Positions 1-9,089 are shown, counted from the first letter of the stretch. The stretch is DNA of 32,000 bases from Candidatus Calditenuaceae archaeon HR02 (GCA_002898395.1 BEHE01000006.1:1-32000); one strand, 5' to 3'. Translations and numbers: made by a program. The notes: generated from the letters alone by a model not told the origin.

Positions 1-1
1 G

Positions 2-499
2 CTAAATAAAGATGGCAGATGGGTCATAGAAGTTCAGTCTAGGACTCTCTATGAATTGTTTAAGAAGCCCGTCGATATCGACAGAATAAGACCATTCGTT
101 GAACACTGTGAGCGATGTATCTCAATGTTTCTGAGAGGGTTCTGTGATAGCGAAGGGTGCGTTTCTGAAGACGGCACCATAACCGTGTATAATGCCGATT
201 ATAAACTGCTAACATACGTCATATATCTCCTAGAGAGAATTGGTATAGAGACGACTCAGAGAGAGCCGAGGATTAATAGACGAGTTGGCAGATTGTTTAG
301 AGACACCAGGTCAGGCAAACTATACAAATCCAGAAAAAATGTCTACTACATCGAGATATGGAGGGGCTTTAATAAGAGGTTCTACGAGAAAGTTGGCTTC
401 ACCATTGAAAGAAAAAGGATAAGGCTAGAAGAATATCTCAGGAGAAGAGGACTAATACCAACCACCTCCCCCTCTCTTTTTCTTCCCACTTACCCATAA
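2..499 (+). CDS. LAGLIDADG-type homing endonuclease, C-terminal part (reading frame open to window edge)
   Basis: The frame is open from nt 2 with no stop before 497-499. It carries the second LAGLIDADG-like block FLRGFCDSEGCV, followed by a basic C-terminal tail. The listed TTG at 56 is probably internal. Confidence 0.6.
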   Translation, partial: LNKDGRWVIEVQSRTLYELFKKPVDIDRIRPFVEHCERCISMFLRGFCDSEGCVSEDGTITVYNADYKLLTYVIYLLERIGIETTQREPRINRRVGRLFRDTRSGKLYKSRKNVYYIEIWRGFNKRFYEKVGFTIERKRIRLEEYLRRRGLIPTTSPSLFLPTYP

Positions 500-538
500 T
501 CAAACCAACACACCCTCACTAACTAGAAACATAGCCAT

Positions 539-631
539 TGCCCCGGGCCGGATTTGAACCGGCGACTTCCCGGTCTCTGATTGTTTGTGGGAGCTTCAGC
601 CGGGCGCTCTCCCTGGCTGAGCTACCGGGGC
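539..631 (-). tRNA. tRNA-Phe (anticodon GAA) with a 19-nt intron at the canonical 37/38 position
   Basis: The reverse complement folds as a cloverleaf. Acceptor GCCCCGG/CCGGGGC, D arm GCTC/GAGC, anticodon stem CCCGG/CCGGG with loop CTGAAG[intron]A, T arm GCCGG-TTCAAAT-CCGGC, discriminator A. Confidence 0.9.
575..593 (-). other. tRNA intron (CTCCCACAAACAATCAGAG on the coding strand)
   Basis: Removing these 19 nt restores a 7-nt anticodon loop. The intron UCAG can pair with CUGA of the anticodon loop, as expected for a bulge-helix-bulge splice substrate. Confidence 0.8.
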
Positions 632-656
632 CGCGGTGTGTATTGGTATGTTCTTC

Positions 657-663
657 TATTTAG
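657..663 (-). promoter_or_regulatory. TATA-like box for tRNA-Phe
   Basis: CTAAATAG on the minus strand lies 26-32 nt upstream of the tRNA 5' end. Confidence 0.4.
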
Positions 664-1029
664 GTGTCAGGGTGTTGGGGGTGTTTTAAGGGTTTCTGTG
701 GCGGGTTTTAGACCGTCTGTCTCTCTGTTGTCTGGGGTTTCTCGGTGAGTATTCTGTTTGCCTTCTCCCAGAACTATGGTGGCTATGTTTTCTTCGTTTC
801 TATCTCGGTAGATATGGACCAGTTATAGCTTCCGCGAATAACTATTGATTAATCGATCACCATGAATTTGTAGTGTCTGAGGCATGGGTTTTCGTTAAGC
901 CTCACATATATCCCGTCTCCCTGAACCTCTGATATTAAGACCTGGGCAGCATCTTCCATCTCAATGTAAATGTCTTTAATTCCTGAGACAACCAAATGTC
1001 TCGGCAACGCGTTTATTTGAAATCTAGGC

Positions 1030-1425
1030 TCAGAGGGCTGTGAGGCCGTAGGGGCGGGAGTGCTCGAGGGCTCCTGTGGCAGGGTCGACTCGTAGACCCA
1101 ATCCCTCGAGTGCAATGGCTCCCAGCAGCAGTTCAGGGGTTTCGAGGATGGCGACTGGTACAACACCTTCTCTATCAAGTGGCTTGATGCAAGCGACCGT
1201 GATTCCGGCTTCAACTGTCAGGCGATCAGCAAGAACTAGGCTGGCTATCTCCTGCGGCTCGAGGCCTAATTCCGCTGCAAGCCCCGGCGGGACGATAGTA
1301 TAGAATGCGCTGGTGTCGACTAGGGACTCAATCTCCTTCAACTTCTCTCTTCTCCGGCCAATAAGACCCTTCACTCTTACATAACCCATTCCAACACAGC
1401 CTTGCGTAGCCTCTATTAACTTCAT
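1030..1425 (-). CDS. retropepsin-like (clan AA) aspartic protease, 131 aa, with variant active-site motif DTSA
   Basis: LVDTSAFYTIVP occupies the position of the D-T/S-G-A motif. Size and layout fit single-lobe retropepsin-like proteins, with a Gly-rich C-terminal half. Confidence 0.55.
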   Translation of the reverse strand: MKLIEATQGCVGMGYVRVKGLIGRRREKLKEIESLVDTSAFYTIVPPGLAAELGLEPQEIASLVLADRLTVEAGITVACIKPLDREGVVPVAILETPELLLGAIALEGLGLRVDPATGALEHSRPYGLTAL

Positions 1426-1714
1426 CGGCTACCACCCGTTCCGCTAATCCTCCTCTCTATATCCTCTACGCCCGTCTCAGAGTAATCACTAAAGAGGACC
1501 TGAAGGAGCTTTCTACATCCCTCCCCTCAGAGAAGGCCCTAGCCACTCTCTCACCCTATCTAAGACCCATACTCAGAATACTGTATGGGAACTAGGCCAG
1601 CCACATGTTGTTGAAGTATCAGATTAGAAGATTGCCCAAAAATCTCAGTAGTCGTTCAACTGCTAGGCTTCCTAAAAATCCCATCACGTATATCATCTTT
1701 GAAGATGCTGGAGG

Positions 1715-2027
1715 TGATGAGGAAAGAGTAGAAGGATCCTTAAAGGTTGGTCAAAACGGCGCCTAGGCTCGAGTATCTCAGGTTACCTTAAAACACACGA
1801 TATTAAATGCTTATTCCTCCTGTCTCAGAGTCTTAGGAGTTGATAGGTTCTTCTCTTGTTACGCTTAGTGGAGTCCACACGGCTATTACGAGGGCTAATC
1901 TAAGCCTCCTGATAGTCTCAGGAGGTTCCTGGCAATGGGAAGGCTACGGCGCGGAGCGCCTATCAACTAATTGCTCTTTACAGGAATGGTTGATATTATA
2001 TTGTATCCGGTGAAGAGTCTCTTGATT
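1715..2027. repeat. modular direct repeat, copy A (left module 1715-1850, 66-bp spacer, right module 1917-2027)
   Basis: Both modules align by eye with 3633-3770 and 4011-4127. One core of about 36 nt, TTAAAACACA(C/T)GATATTAAATGCTTATTCCTCC, differs at a single position. Confidence 0.75.
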
Positions 2028-2335
2028 CTAGCAGAAGCGTTTGGCTCAGTATAGGACCCATTTCGACCAGCTTTTCCTGATTCGTTTTTTGGCTCTTCGC
2101 CTCACCTCTTGCTTCACGGGAGGCGGTGAAGTGAGTTGCCCCCGTGTTAGCGATCGTGGGTCTGGTCCTCTCGACCCTCTCCTCCGGTATACTGACGAGG
2201 GTTATGCACCTGCTTGGTAGGGATCTTGGCACATCCGCATAGGGACCACGCATTGGTACATATGGCTACATATATGTTCGGTTTTTAAAGCCGAAACCCC
2301 ACCTTATTTTGCCCAAAAGTTAAAGGATGAAAACG

Positions 2336-2553
2336 GATAGTGTTCGGATAAGCGCCTTTATAGGTAAACTCTCTCGACCTGCCCTGTACATTTAAAAGAG
2401 GGCTGTACTGATAACATTGATGCCCTCATCAGTGCTCCGAGACGCCCTGATGCCTCGATTTGGGGGCCTCCCATTACACCTGAAACGACTTGAGACCAAT
2501 CCACTACAAACACAATCAGACTTTAAATAAACCACCCTTATCTGGACACTATC
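2336..2553 (-). mobile_element. MITE family 1, copy 1 (about 218 bp, TIR GATAGTGTYCGGATAAG-like)
   Basis: The ends are GATAGTGTTCGGATAAGCG ... CTTATCTGGACACTATC. The reverse complement aligns along its whole length with 18682-18898. It has no coding capacity. Confidence 0.8.
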
Positions 2554-2574
2554 AACGTTAGATAAGGGATTAAT

Positions 2575-2606
2575 AGTTACGTAGGTAATCAGTTACGTAG
2601 GTAACC
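2575..2606 (+). repeat. two tandem 16-bp units, AGTTACGTAGGTAATC and AGTTACGTAGGTAACC, ending directly at the ATPase start codon
   Basis: Read directly from the sequence. Each unit contains the palindrome TACGTA. Confidence 0.85.
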
Positions 2607-3584
2607 TTGCTCTTCGATCTAAGGCCTAAAGAATCGCTCAAAGACCTGTATGACAGGGTTGCGGAGTATCGGGAGCTTTCGCGCTTAACGGGCTCAGGGC
2701 ATTGGGTCGCGGTGCTTGGCAAGAGGATGACTGGGAAGACAAGCCTGATAAAGACGTTCGCGAGGGAGAACAAGGGCATATATGTTAATCTTCTCGGAGC
2801 AAGGAGTTTTGAGGATGTTTCAAAAAGGCTTCTCGCGGGGTTGGGGCTAAAACTGGATGAGCTAACACTCAACCTGAAATTCTTGCAGATAAGGTGGGGC
2901 AGGGTCTTGGATGAGGCCTTCCAGTTCGTGAAGGAAAAGATAATAGTTCTCGATGAAGTTCAAGAAATATCCTCGCCACACTTCCTCAAAATCTTGAAAA
3001 GGGTCTGGGATGAGTACAGTGGGATAAGAATAGTTTTCTCGGGCTCCTACATTGGGGTCCTGAGGAGGCTGCTCGAGCCGAGCCCGGCCTCACCATTATA
3101 TGGGAGGAAGCCTGCTACCATCGTGCTGAAACCCTTCGATCACGAGACCTCAAAAAACTTCCTCATATCGGGCTTCCAAGAATACCACCAGATAAGCTTC
3201 AAGGGGGAGGAGATAGAGGAGGCGGTCGAGAGGCTAAACGGCTACGTCGGATGGCTAACATATTATGGGAACTTCAGATGCGAGAGGAGGCTCCCGCATG
3301 ATGAGGCCTTAAGGGAGACCGTGAGGGAGGGTTCAAAGATCATCCAAACTGAGCTAGACCACTTCCTCAAAAATAGGAGGAGAGAGCTCTACGTAAAGGT
3401 ATTAAGAATCGTCAGAGCGGGTGCGAGATGGAGTGAGATAAAAAGGGATCTCAATATAAACAGCAAAGTTCTAAACGATATCCTAAAAAATCTAACATCG
3501 GCAATGATAGTGGAGGGGAAGGAAGGATACTATTGGATAGAGGACCCAATAATGAGGGAGGCGGTTAAAAAACTGAGACCATAA
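2607..3584 (+). CDS. archaeal ATPase family protein (Arch_ATPase-type P-loop NTPase with C-terminal DUF234-like winged helix)
   Basis: Walker A GKRMTGKTS and Walker B-like IIVLDEVQ are present. The N-terminus FDLRPK..L.DR..E is typical of the family, and the C-terminal basic helical domain fits. The TTG start is forced by an in-frame TAG at 2598-2600. Confidence 0.85.
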   Translation: MLFDLRPKESLKDLYDRVAEYRELSRLTGSGHWVAVLGKRMTGKTSLIKTFARENKGIYVNLLGARSFEDVSKRLLAGLGLKLDELTLNLKFLQIRWGRVLDEAFQFVKEKIIVLDEVQEISSPHFLKILKRVWDEYSGIRIVFSGSYIGVLRRLLEPSPASPLYGRKPATIVLKPFDHETSKNFLISGFQEYHQISFKGEEIEEAVERLNGYVGWLTYYGNFRCERRLPHDEALRETVREGSKIIQTELDHFLKNRRRELYVKVLRIVRAGARWSEIKRDLNINSKVLNDILKNLTSAMIVEGKEGYYWIEDPIMREAVKKLRP

Positions 3585-3632
3585 AACATTCCCCCAAACC
3601 TCACCACATGACCACCTCTCGGGACGTTAGGG

Positions 3633-4127
3633 GATAATGGGGAGAAAAGTAGATGGACCCTAAAAAGTTGGTCAAAACAGCGTCTAGCCTTGATTATTTT
3701 CAGGTTATCTTAAAACACATGATATTAAATGCTTATTCCTCCTTTCCCAGGTCTTAAGAATTGATAAGCTCTCCAACCAGTGGCCCACCGTCGACTCTAA
3801 TACACAGATCCTCACAATCCACCACAGGCCTCTTACACGTATTTTGCTTTAAGAATTGCAGTATTGCGGATCCTAACTGTAGAGTGTGTTAAAGTATTAT
3901 ATAATGTTCGGCCTAGCTGTAGATGTGTGCCCGGAGCTAGGAAAGGTAGGAATGAGGAGATGAAAAATGCCGTTATGAAGAAAATCGCATCTATTGCTAA
4001 TTCAGTCGGTCTCAGGAGGCTCCTGGCGATGGAAAAGCAACGGCGCGGGGCACTTCCAACGAATTAGTCTTTATAGGAATGGCTGATATTTCCCAGTATC
4101 ATTGGTGTCCGGTGAAAAGTCTCTTGG
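3633..4127. repeat. modular direct repeat, copy B (left module 3633-3770, 240-bp spacer, right module 4011-4127)
   Basis: Same two modules as copy A, in the same order and orientation, with a different and longer central spacer. Confidence 0.75.
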
Positions 4128-4523
4128 CCCTCTGATTTCCACTTTCCGAGAGCGAGGCCTCTCTTCATGACACTTTCATCCCAGCTCCGTCCTGTATAGT
4201 GCATTAAGCCCAAGAGCTCCTAGCTTTAGATCTAGGAATCTTCGTGAAAAGTAGCATGGTGTCCGCGATAGCTTCTAGTTCCACGAGTCGCTCCTTTTAT
4301 TTTCAGACAAGGTTTCCAGCGCTATAGAGTGTTAGAAGCATTATCATCAACAGTTCACAAAGAATAGTTATAGGCCGTATAAGGCCAGGGATAGGAAGTC
4401 CTAACTCTAACAAACATAAAACCGGGAGGAAAAACCAGGCCAAAGACCTTAAGTTAACAGAGCCGCTAAGGTTACTCCGAACCATTATAAACATGTTTAG
4501 AGCTATAGATGTAGAAGAGTTGT

Positions 4524-4978
4524 ATGGATGCTTTGAAGAGGGAGTTCCTAGAGCTCCTCGATAAGGATATCGATTTCAGGTACGTAGTTGCTGGATACCT
4601 TGGTTTATCTGAGATTCTGAAGAGGCTGGATAGTTTAGCCGAGGAGCAGGATAGGCTTAGGGAAGAACAAAATATGCTTAGGGTGGAGCAGATTAAGCTT
4701 GCTGAAGAGTCAGTTCACGCTTACAGTTATACCGCGTAGAATTGCTCTCTACCTAAACTGAAGCCAAGTGGGAAATCGCTTGTCGAGATAAGTGCTGGGA
4801 GGTTGGAGCTTGAGCGCTCGAGGATATAGATGGAGCTGGCGAGGGGCTTAAAGGCCACAGGCTCCGGATCCGAACATCGGCGAGACCCTGGCGCAGCTCG
4901 AGAAGCTTGGAAGAGGCCTACATAATCTACACATCATTCGAAAAAGTCCTCAGCCTGATCAAAAAGGGGCAAATTTAG
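4524..4978 (+). pseudogene. coiled-coil protein gene with a decayed 3' part (71-aa intact ORF 4524-4739, then frameshifted remnants)
   Basis: The N-terminal part FLELLDKDIDFRYVVAGYLGLSEILKRLDSLAEEQDRLREEQ is intact. Downstream fragments sit in other frames (SLVEISAG..., LEEAYIIYTSFEKVLSLIKKGQI). They resemble the nuclease-like C-terminal half seen in crenarchaeal coiled-coil families. Confidence 0.4.
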
Positions 4979-4981
4979 ATA

Positions 4982-5992
4982 TTGCTGAGTGGTGGGTTTG
5001 TGTTTGGGAGGTTTGCGGGTTTGAAGTATCTTGAGCTGGGTCGGAGTGGTTTGAGGGTGTCTAAGATTGGGTTAGGGACGTGGCAGATTGGGTCATCTGA
5101 GTGGGGGTGGAATAGAGGTTATGGTGTTGATGATGTTGTGAGGGCTATTGAGCGGGCGCATGAGCTTGGGATAAACTTCGTCGATACTGCCGAGATTTAT
5201 GGTGGCGGCTTATCTGAAGAGGTTGTGGGTAGGGCGATTCGACCGTTCCGGGATGAGGTGGTTGTTGCGACGAAGGTTTGGCCTACCCACGCGACATATG
5301 ATGGCGTTTTGAAGGCGTGTGAGAGGAGCTTGAAGCGGCTAGGCGTCGACGTCATAGACCTCTACCAGGTCCACTGGCCGAACCCGCTGGTCCCTCTCTC
5401 CTCAACAATGAGGGCTATGGAGAGGCTTGTGGAGCTGGGGAAGGTTAGGGCGATCGGGGTGAGCAACTTCTCACTAGGCAGGCTTAGAAGGGCTCAGGAG
5501 TGTCTCAAGAGGGAGGAGATAGGCTCGAACCAGGTCAAGTATAATCTTGTAGAGAGGGGTGTTGAGAAGGGGTTGCTGCAATACTGTGAGAGGGAGAGGG
5601 TTGCGTTGATAGCCTATAGCCCGCTGGCCCAGGGACTCTTGACTGCGCGTTACAACGCATCGAACAGGCCGAGGGATCTTGTCCGCAGGCTCAACCCCCT
5701 CTTCGACCCCGCCGTGCTTAGGAGGGCGGAGCCATTGATGACGATTCTGAGAGAGGTGGCGGCGAGACACGGCATAGAGCCCAGCCAAGTGGCCCTAGCC
5801 TGGTTGATCAAGAGAAACCATGTCATAGCCATACCCGGTGCCAAGAGGCCGGAGCAGGTTGAGTCGAACGCGCGTGCAGCAGAGCTGGAGCTCAGCGACG
5901 AGGAGTGGCGGATACTTTCTGAGGCAGGTTCTAAGGTATCGATTGGAGTTTGGCCAAAATTGAGGATTCCCCTGAGGCTGCTGGGGTTATAA
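4982..5992 (+). CDS. aldo/keto reductase
   Basis: LGRSGLRVSKIGLGTWQIG, DTAEIYGGG, IDLYQVHWP and VSNFS are typical AKR motifs. The true start is probably the TTG at 5021 (LKYLELG). Confidence 0.9.
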   Translation: MLSGGFVFGRFAGLKYLELGRSGLRVSKIGLGTWQIGSSEWGWNRGYGVDDVVRAIERAHELGINFVDTAEIYGGGLSEEVVGRAIRPFRDEVVVATKVWPTHATYDGVLKACERSLKRLGVDVIDLYQVHWPNPLVPLSSTMRAMERLVELGKVRAIGVSNFSLGRLRRAQECLKREEIGSNQVKYNLVERGVEKGLLQYCERERVALIAYSPLAQGLLTARYNASNRPRDLVRRLNPLFDPAVLRRAEPLMTILREVAARHGIEPSQVALAWLIKRNHVIAIPGAKRPEQVESNARAAELELSDEEWRILSEAGSKVSIGVWPKLRIPLRLLGL

Positions 5993-6306
5993 AGTCGTGA
6001 GTTAAGTGCTATCTTGTTGGCTTGTTTCTAAGGTTTTGTGTTGCATCTGGGGCATCTGTTTTTATGTATTGTTGAGATTTTGAGGAGTATTTAAACCCCC
6101 TATTGTATGCACCGCTACCAGCGGCTGGGTAGTATCTTAGATTCACATTCTCAAGCCTTACTTTAAGAATGTCTGTGGAGTAGTCTTACCCTGATTGGCC
6201 TATCCCTGTTTAATAGTAGTTCTGAGGCCTTGGCAGTTATCCTTACCCTAAGCCTGCCTGAGTCGATATCGTATTCTAGGCTCCCTGATATAGAGGCCGT
6301 CCTCGA

Positions 6307-6444
6307 GTGGGTAAGTATAGGGCTGGCTACAAATACTGTAGTCGATGTAGGACGTTTCAGCTAACCGATAGTGTCTGTTGTCTATACTGTGGTGTGAGGA
6401 TGAGGGCTAGGCCTAGTCGTGAATGTAGGGAGAGGTGGGCCTAA
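6307..6444 (+). CDS. possible small zinc-ribbon protein (45 aa, CxxC...CxxC)
   Basis: A GTG-initiated ORF encoding VGKYRAGYKYCSRCRTFQLTDSVCCLYCGVRMRARPSRECRERWA. It ends 33 nt before the next ORF and is too short for the ORF track. Confidence 0.35.
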   Translation: MGKYRAGYKYCSRCRTFQLTDSVCCLYCGVRMRARPSRECRERWA

Positions 6445-6477
6445 ACCGTATATTAGTGTCGAGGGGGTGGTGTAGAT

Positions 6478-7325
6478 ATGAGATACTGTGATGTTCACCG
6501 TAAAAGGGATGACAGCGGATACAGGATAACCTACACAATGGATGGTGAAGACTTTAGACACGTTAATTCTCCAACGGAGATTCCAGTAGGTCCTGGAGAC
6601 CAGCTATTCGTGGATGTTATACCGATAATTCATACGGATGGTTTTATTGAGCTTCTTAGGAGGGGTGTTGAGGTATACTGCCTCAGACGCACAACGCTGA
6701 TAGAGGAGACGCGGCGAAGACTGGGTATTCCAAAGTCTGGGCGAGGAGATGTGAAAGTATTAATGCATATCGAGGATAAGTGGTTCAGGAGGGTGGATGA
6801 AGGGTTCCTCATAATGAGGAGGAAGGTTTCTGTCTTTAGATGCATGGATAGAATTAATCGGAGGTTGGGAAACCAGGTCAGGGCGGCTTCTCAGACTGAA
6901 CAAGAAAGCTTGAGGAGGCTGTTAAGACAGGTAGAGGAGGAGAAAGAGATGCTGGCGAAGCTGGTCTCAGAGGAGGCCGGGAAGATATATCCAATCTTCA
7001 AAGAAATTGCCGAAGAACTCGGAATAACAGGGGATAACATAACCATGTATTGGCTAGGGAGGCTCTAGCCGAGCTATTGACATATGTTGATTTCAGTAAG
7101 TCCTTCGAAAAGGTTCGAGGATACTTAAAGCTGTTTCGGCGACGGTTGTATGATATGAGGTATGGACATGAGGCGCGTGAAGCATCGGTAAGACTTACGA
7201 TAGCGGTAATCTGTAGAAATAAGCCGAGGGCTAGAGAACAGGAGGATGTGCGGATGAGAATATGGCTGACATACAAGCAGGAGACCCAGAGGCCGGCGGA
7301 CATACCGGCCCAGCAACAGGGATAA
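6478..7325 (+). pseudogene. split gene with distant DEDD/IS110-like recombinase architecture (ORF 6478-7068 plus overlapping ORF 7050-7325 in another frame)
   Basis: The order of elements resembles IS110-type proteins, with a frame change near 7045-7055:
- N-terminal acidic positions (RYCDV, LFVDV);
- G-VEVYCL ... GRGDVKVL;
- a coiled-coil linker;
- then ELGITGDNI / LAREALAELLTYVDFSKSFEKVRGYL. Confidence 0.4.
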
Positions 7326-7342
7326 AACCCGAGGCCGGTATG
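7301..7342 (+). other. perfect 10-bp stem (CATACCGGCC/GGCCGGTATG) with a 22-nt loop, spanning the stop codon at 7323-7325
   Basis: Read directly from the sequence. Confidence 0.7.
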
Positions 7343-7357
7343 TCTAAATCAGTAACA

Positions 7358-7377
7358 GACTGGCGCTTTCGCCAGTC
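7358..7377 (+). other. perfect 8-bp stem, 4-nt loop hairpin GACTGGCG-CTTT-CGCCAGTC
   Basis: Read directly from the sequence. Confidence 0.7.
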
Positions 7378-7793
7378 ATGTCAAAGGTTTAAACAACCGG
7401 TCTCGTTTGGGTTTCCTAGATGTTGCTGGCTGGCTGTCCGCCGGGCTAACCCCCCTCCCCCCATCTTTCCATTGTTGAGTTTTTAATCCTTCACCATGGT
7501 TATCTAATGATATTGATTGTTTTAAGCCGCTCCTCCTCAGCCCCGCTTAGAGACTTATAAAGCATAGGCTAGCCACAGGTAGTGCGAGCGAGAGAGTTGT
7601 TATCAGTAAATGGCTTTATAGTCGAATAGCGGAAATAGCACCGGAAATGAATACGATAGTCGAGGAGAGTCGAGGAGGTCGACAACGCACAGGACTTTGA
7701 CTCTATCCTCCGCTTAGTTAAACGCGTGGTTGAGGAGACCTATAAATTCTAAGGAGCAGTTGAGGCGAAGAGTAAAGTGCAGGGGGCGCGGAA

Positions 7794-8993
7794 GTGGTGG
7801 TGGAGATGCCTGCTGAGACCAGCCACATCCGCGTCAACCCCCACTCTACGCTTATTGTGAGGGGGCCTGCCTCTGCCAGGGTCTTAGAGGGTGCGGTGGA
7901 GGTTTACGGCTACAGTCCTGGGCAGAAGGAGAGAATAGTCGTTAAGCCGTGGAGGTCGCTGCCATTCTACTCTGAGGAAGGCGCCGTCGTGGAGGTCCTC
8001 TTGGGCGAGGGGGGAGGCGCTGAGGTTGTGGAAGGCTCTACAATACCCCAGGAGTGGGTGGACGTGGCTTCAGGGCTCGGCAGTAGGTTTAGGATTATGG
8101 TCATAGGTCGAGTTGATGTGGGGAAAACATCGCTGCTGACGTATCTTTACAATAGGCTTGTCACCGGGGGTGGGATAGCCGTGGCCGACCTAGACGTTGG
8201 ACAGTCAGAGATCTGCCCTCCAACAACCATGGGTCTAGCCGTCGGCACAAAGCCGGCTGCCAGCCTCTCCACCCTCAAGCCAGAAGCCATATACTCCTAC
8301 GGCTACACATCCCCCACATACTCGATAAAAGACTCCCTAAGAACCGCTAGAGATCTCGCGTCAAGCATCGAGGGGCTCAACAGGGTCCTAGTCAACACGG
8401 ACGGCTGGATAGACCACGAGCGCGCTAAGAATCATAAGTCACAGTTAATAGAGATTCTCAAGCCGAGCCACATCATATTCATAGGCATAAACGATCATGG
8501 AGAAATGGACGAAACCGCCGCCAAGGTGGGTGCAGAGGTCATCAACATCCACGAGCCCCGGCTTGTCATGAGGAGAGACCAGGAAGCCAGGAAGCAGATC
8601 AGAGAGATGAACTATACAAGATTCCTACGCGGGGCTAGGCTAGTCTCTACGCCGAGGCGATGGATTAAGATAACTCCACTGATCCTAGACTCGATCCCCA
8701 TAGAAGACTACCTGAAGGCCGTCATCAGGGAAATGGAGAAAGCCGCCGTTGAGAGGGCACCGCTCATCGAAGGGCTGGACATGTCTGTGGCAGAGCTAGG
8801 CATTCTCTCATACGTCAACGTTCAAGGTAGGAGGGCCCAAGGCCTCGCCCTCTTCATGGGGATAGACGATAAAAGCCTTGCCAGAATCTACACACCTTAT
8901 CAGGGACCCATACAGGAGCTGAGAGTCGGCTCACTAGTACTGTCAGCGAGCTTCAAAGAAGTTTACACCTATCTGCCACCAGAGCCTCAGTGA
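7794..8993 (+). CDS. Clp1/Grc3-type polynucleotide 5'-hydroxyl kinase-like P-loop protein (COG1341 type)
   Basis: An N-terminal beta domain is followed by P-loop GRVDVGKTS, then DLDVGQSEI and NTDGW motifs typical of archaeal Clp1 homologues. An ATG at 7806 is an alternative start. Confidence 0.8.
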   Translation: MVVEMPAETSHIRVNPHSTLIVRGPASARVLEGAVEVYGYSPGQKERIVVKPWRSLPFYSEEGAVVEVLLGEGGGAEVVEGSTIPQEWVDVASGLGSRFRIMVIGRVDVGKTSLLTYLYNRLVTGGGIAVADLDVGQSEICPPTTMGLAVGTKPAASLSTLKPEAIYSYGYTSPTYSIKDSLRTARDLASSIEGLNRVLVNTDGWIDHERAKNHKSQLIEILKPSHIIFIGINDHGEMDETAAKVGAEVINIHEPRLVMRRDQEARKQIREMNYTRFLRGARLVSTPRRWIKITPLILDSIPIEDYLKAVIREMEKAAVERAPLIEGLDMSVAELGILSYVNVQGRRAQGLALFMGIDDKSLARIYTPYQGPIQELRVGSLVLSASFKEVYTYLPPEPQ

Positions 8994-9089
8994 GCATTGA
9001 GGCCTCAACAACACCGTAATGAAAAATACAGTATCTGATAATTTATATGGGATTGTATAGTGAGAGGTTTTTGGCACGGTTAGCAATTA

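Noticed and set aside
849-1214. 121-aa ORF overlapping the retropepsin-like gene on the same strand
   Set aside because: Most of it overlaps the better-supported 1030-1425 ORF in another frame and is low-complexity S/P-rich. Only the last ~36-52 codons (849-1010) could be a separate small gene, and I have no supporting motif.
1717-1723. C/D-box sRNA suggested by GTGATGA
   Set aside because: No CTGA D box lies at a suitable distance, there is no terminal stem, and the motif is not conserved in repeat copy B.
2575-2606. Possible CRISPR-like repeat
   Set aside because: It has only two 16-bp units with no spacer. No array-like structure exists anywhere in the window.
3864-4067. 67-aa ORF in the spacer and right module of repeat copy B as a confident gene
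   Set aside because: Only its last ~18 codons are conserved in copy A, which lacks a start. It has a TTG start and no recognisable motif. It is mentioned in the repeat finding only.
7262-7486. 74-aa ORF covering the hairpin region
   Set aside because: It overlaps the end of the split gene in another frame and runs through the two perfect inverted repeats and a C-rich tract. A structural or non-coding role fits better.
8996-9007. Palindrome TTGAGGCCTCAA after the Clp1-like gene as a terminator
   Set aside because: It is a short 6+6 palindrome with no loop and no adjacent oligo-T tract. Evidence is insufficient.
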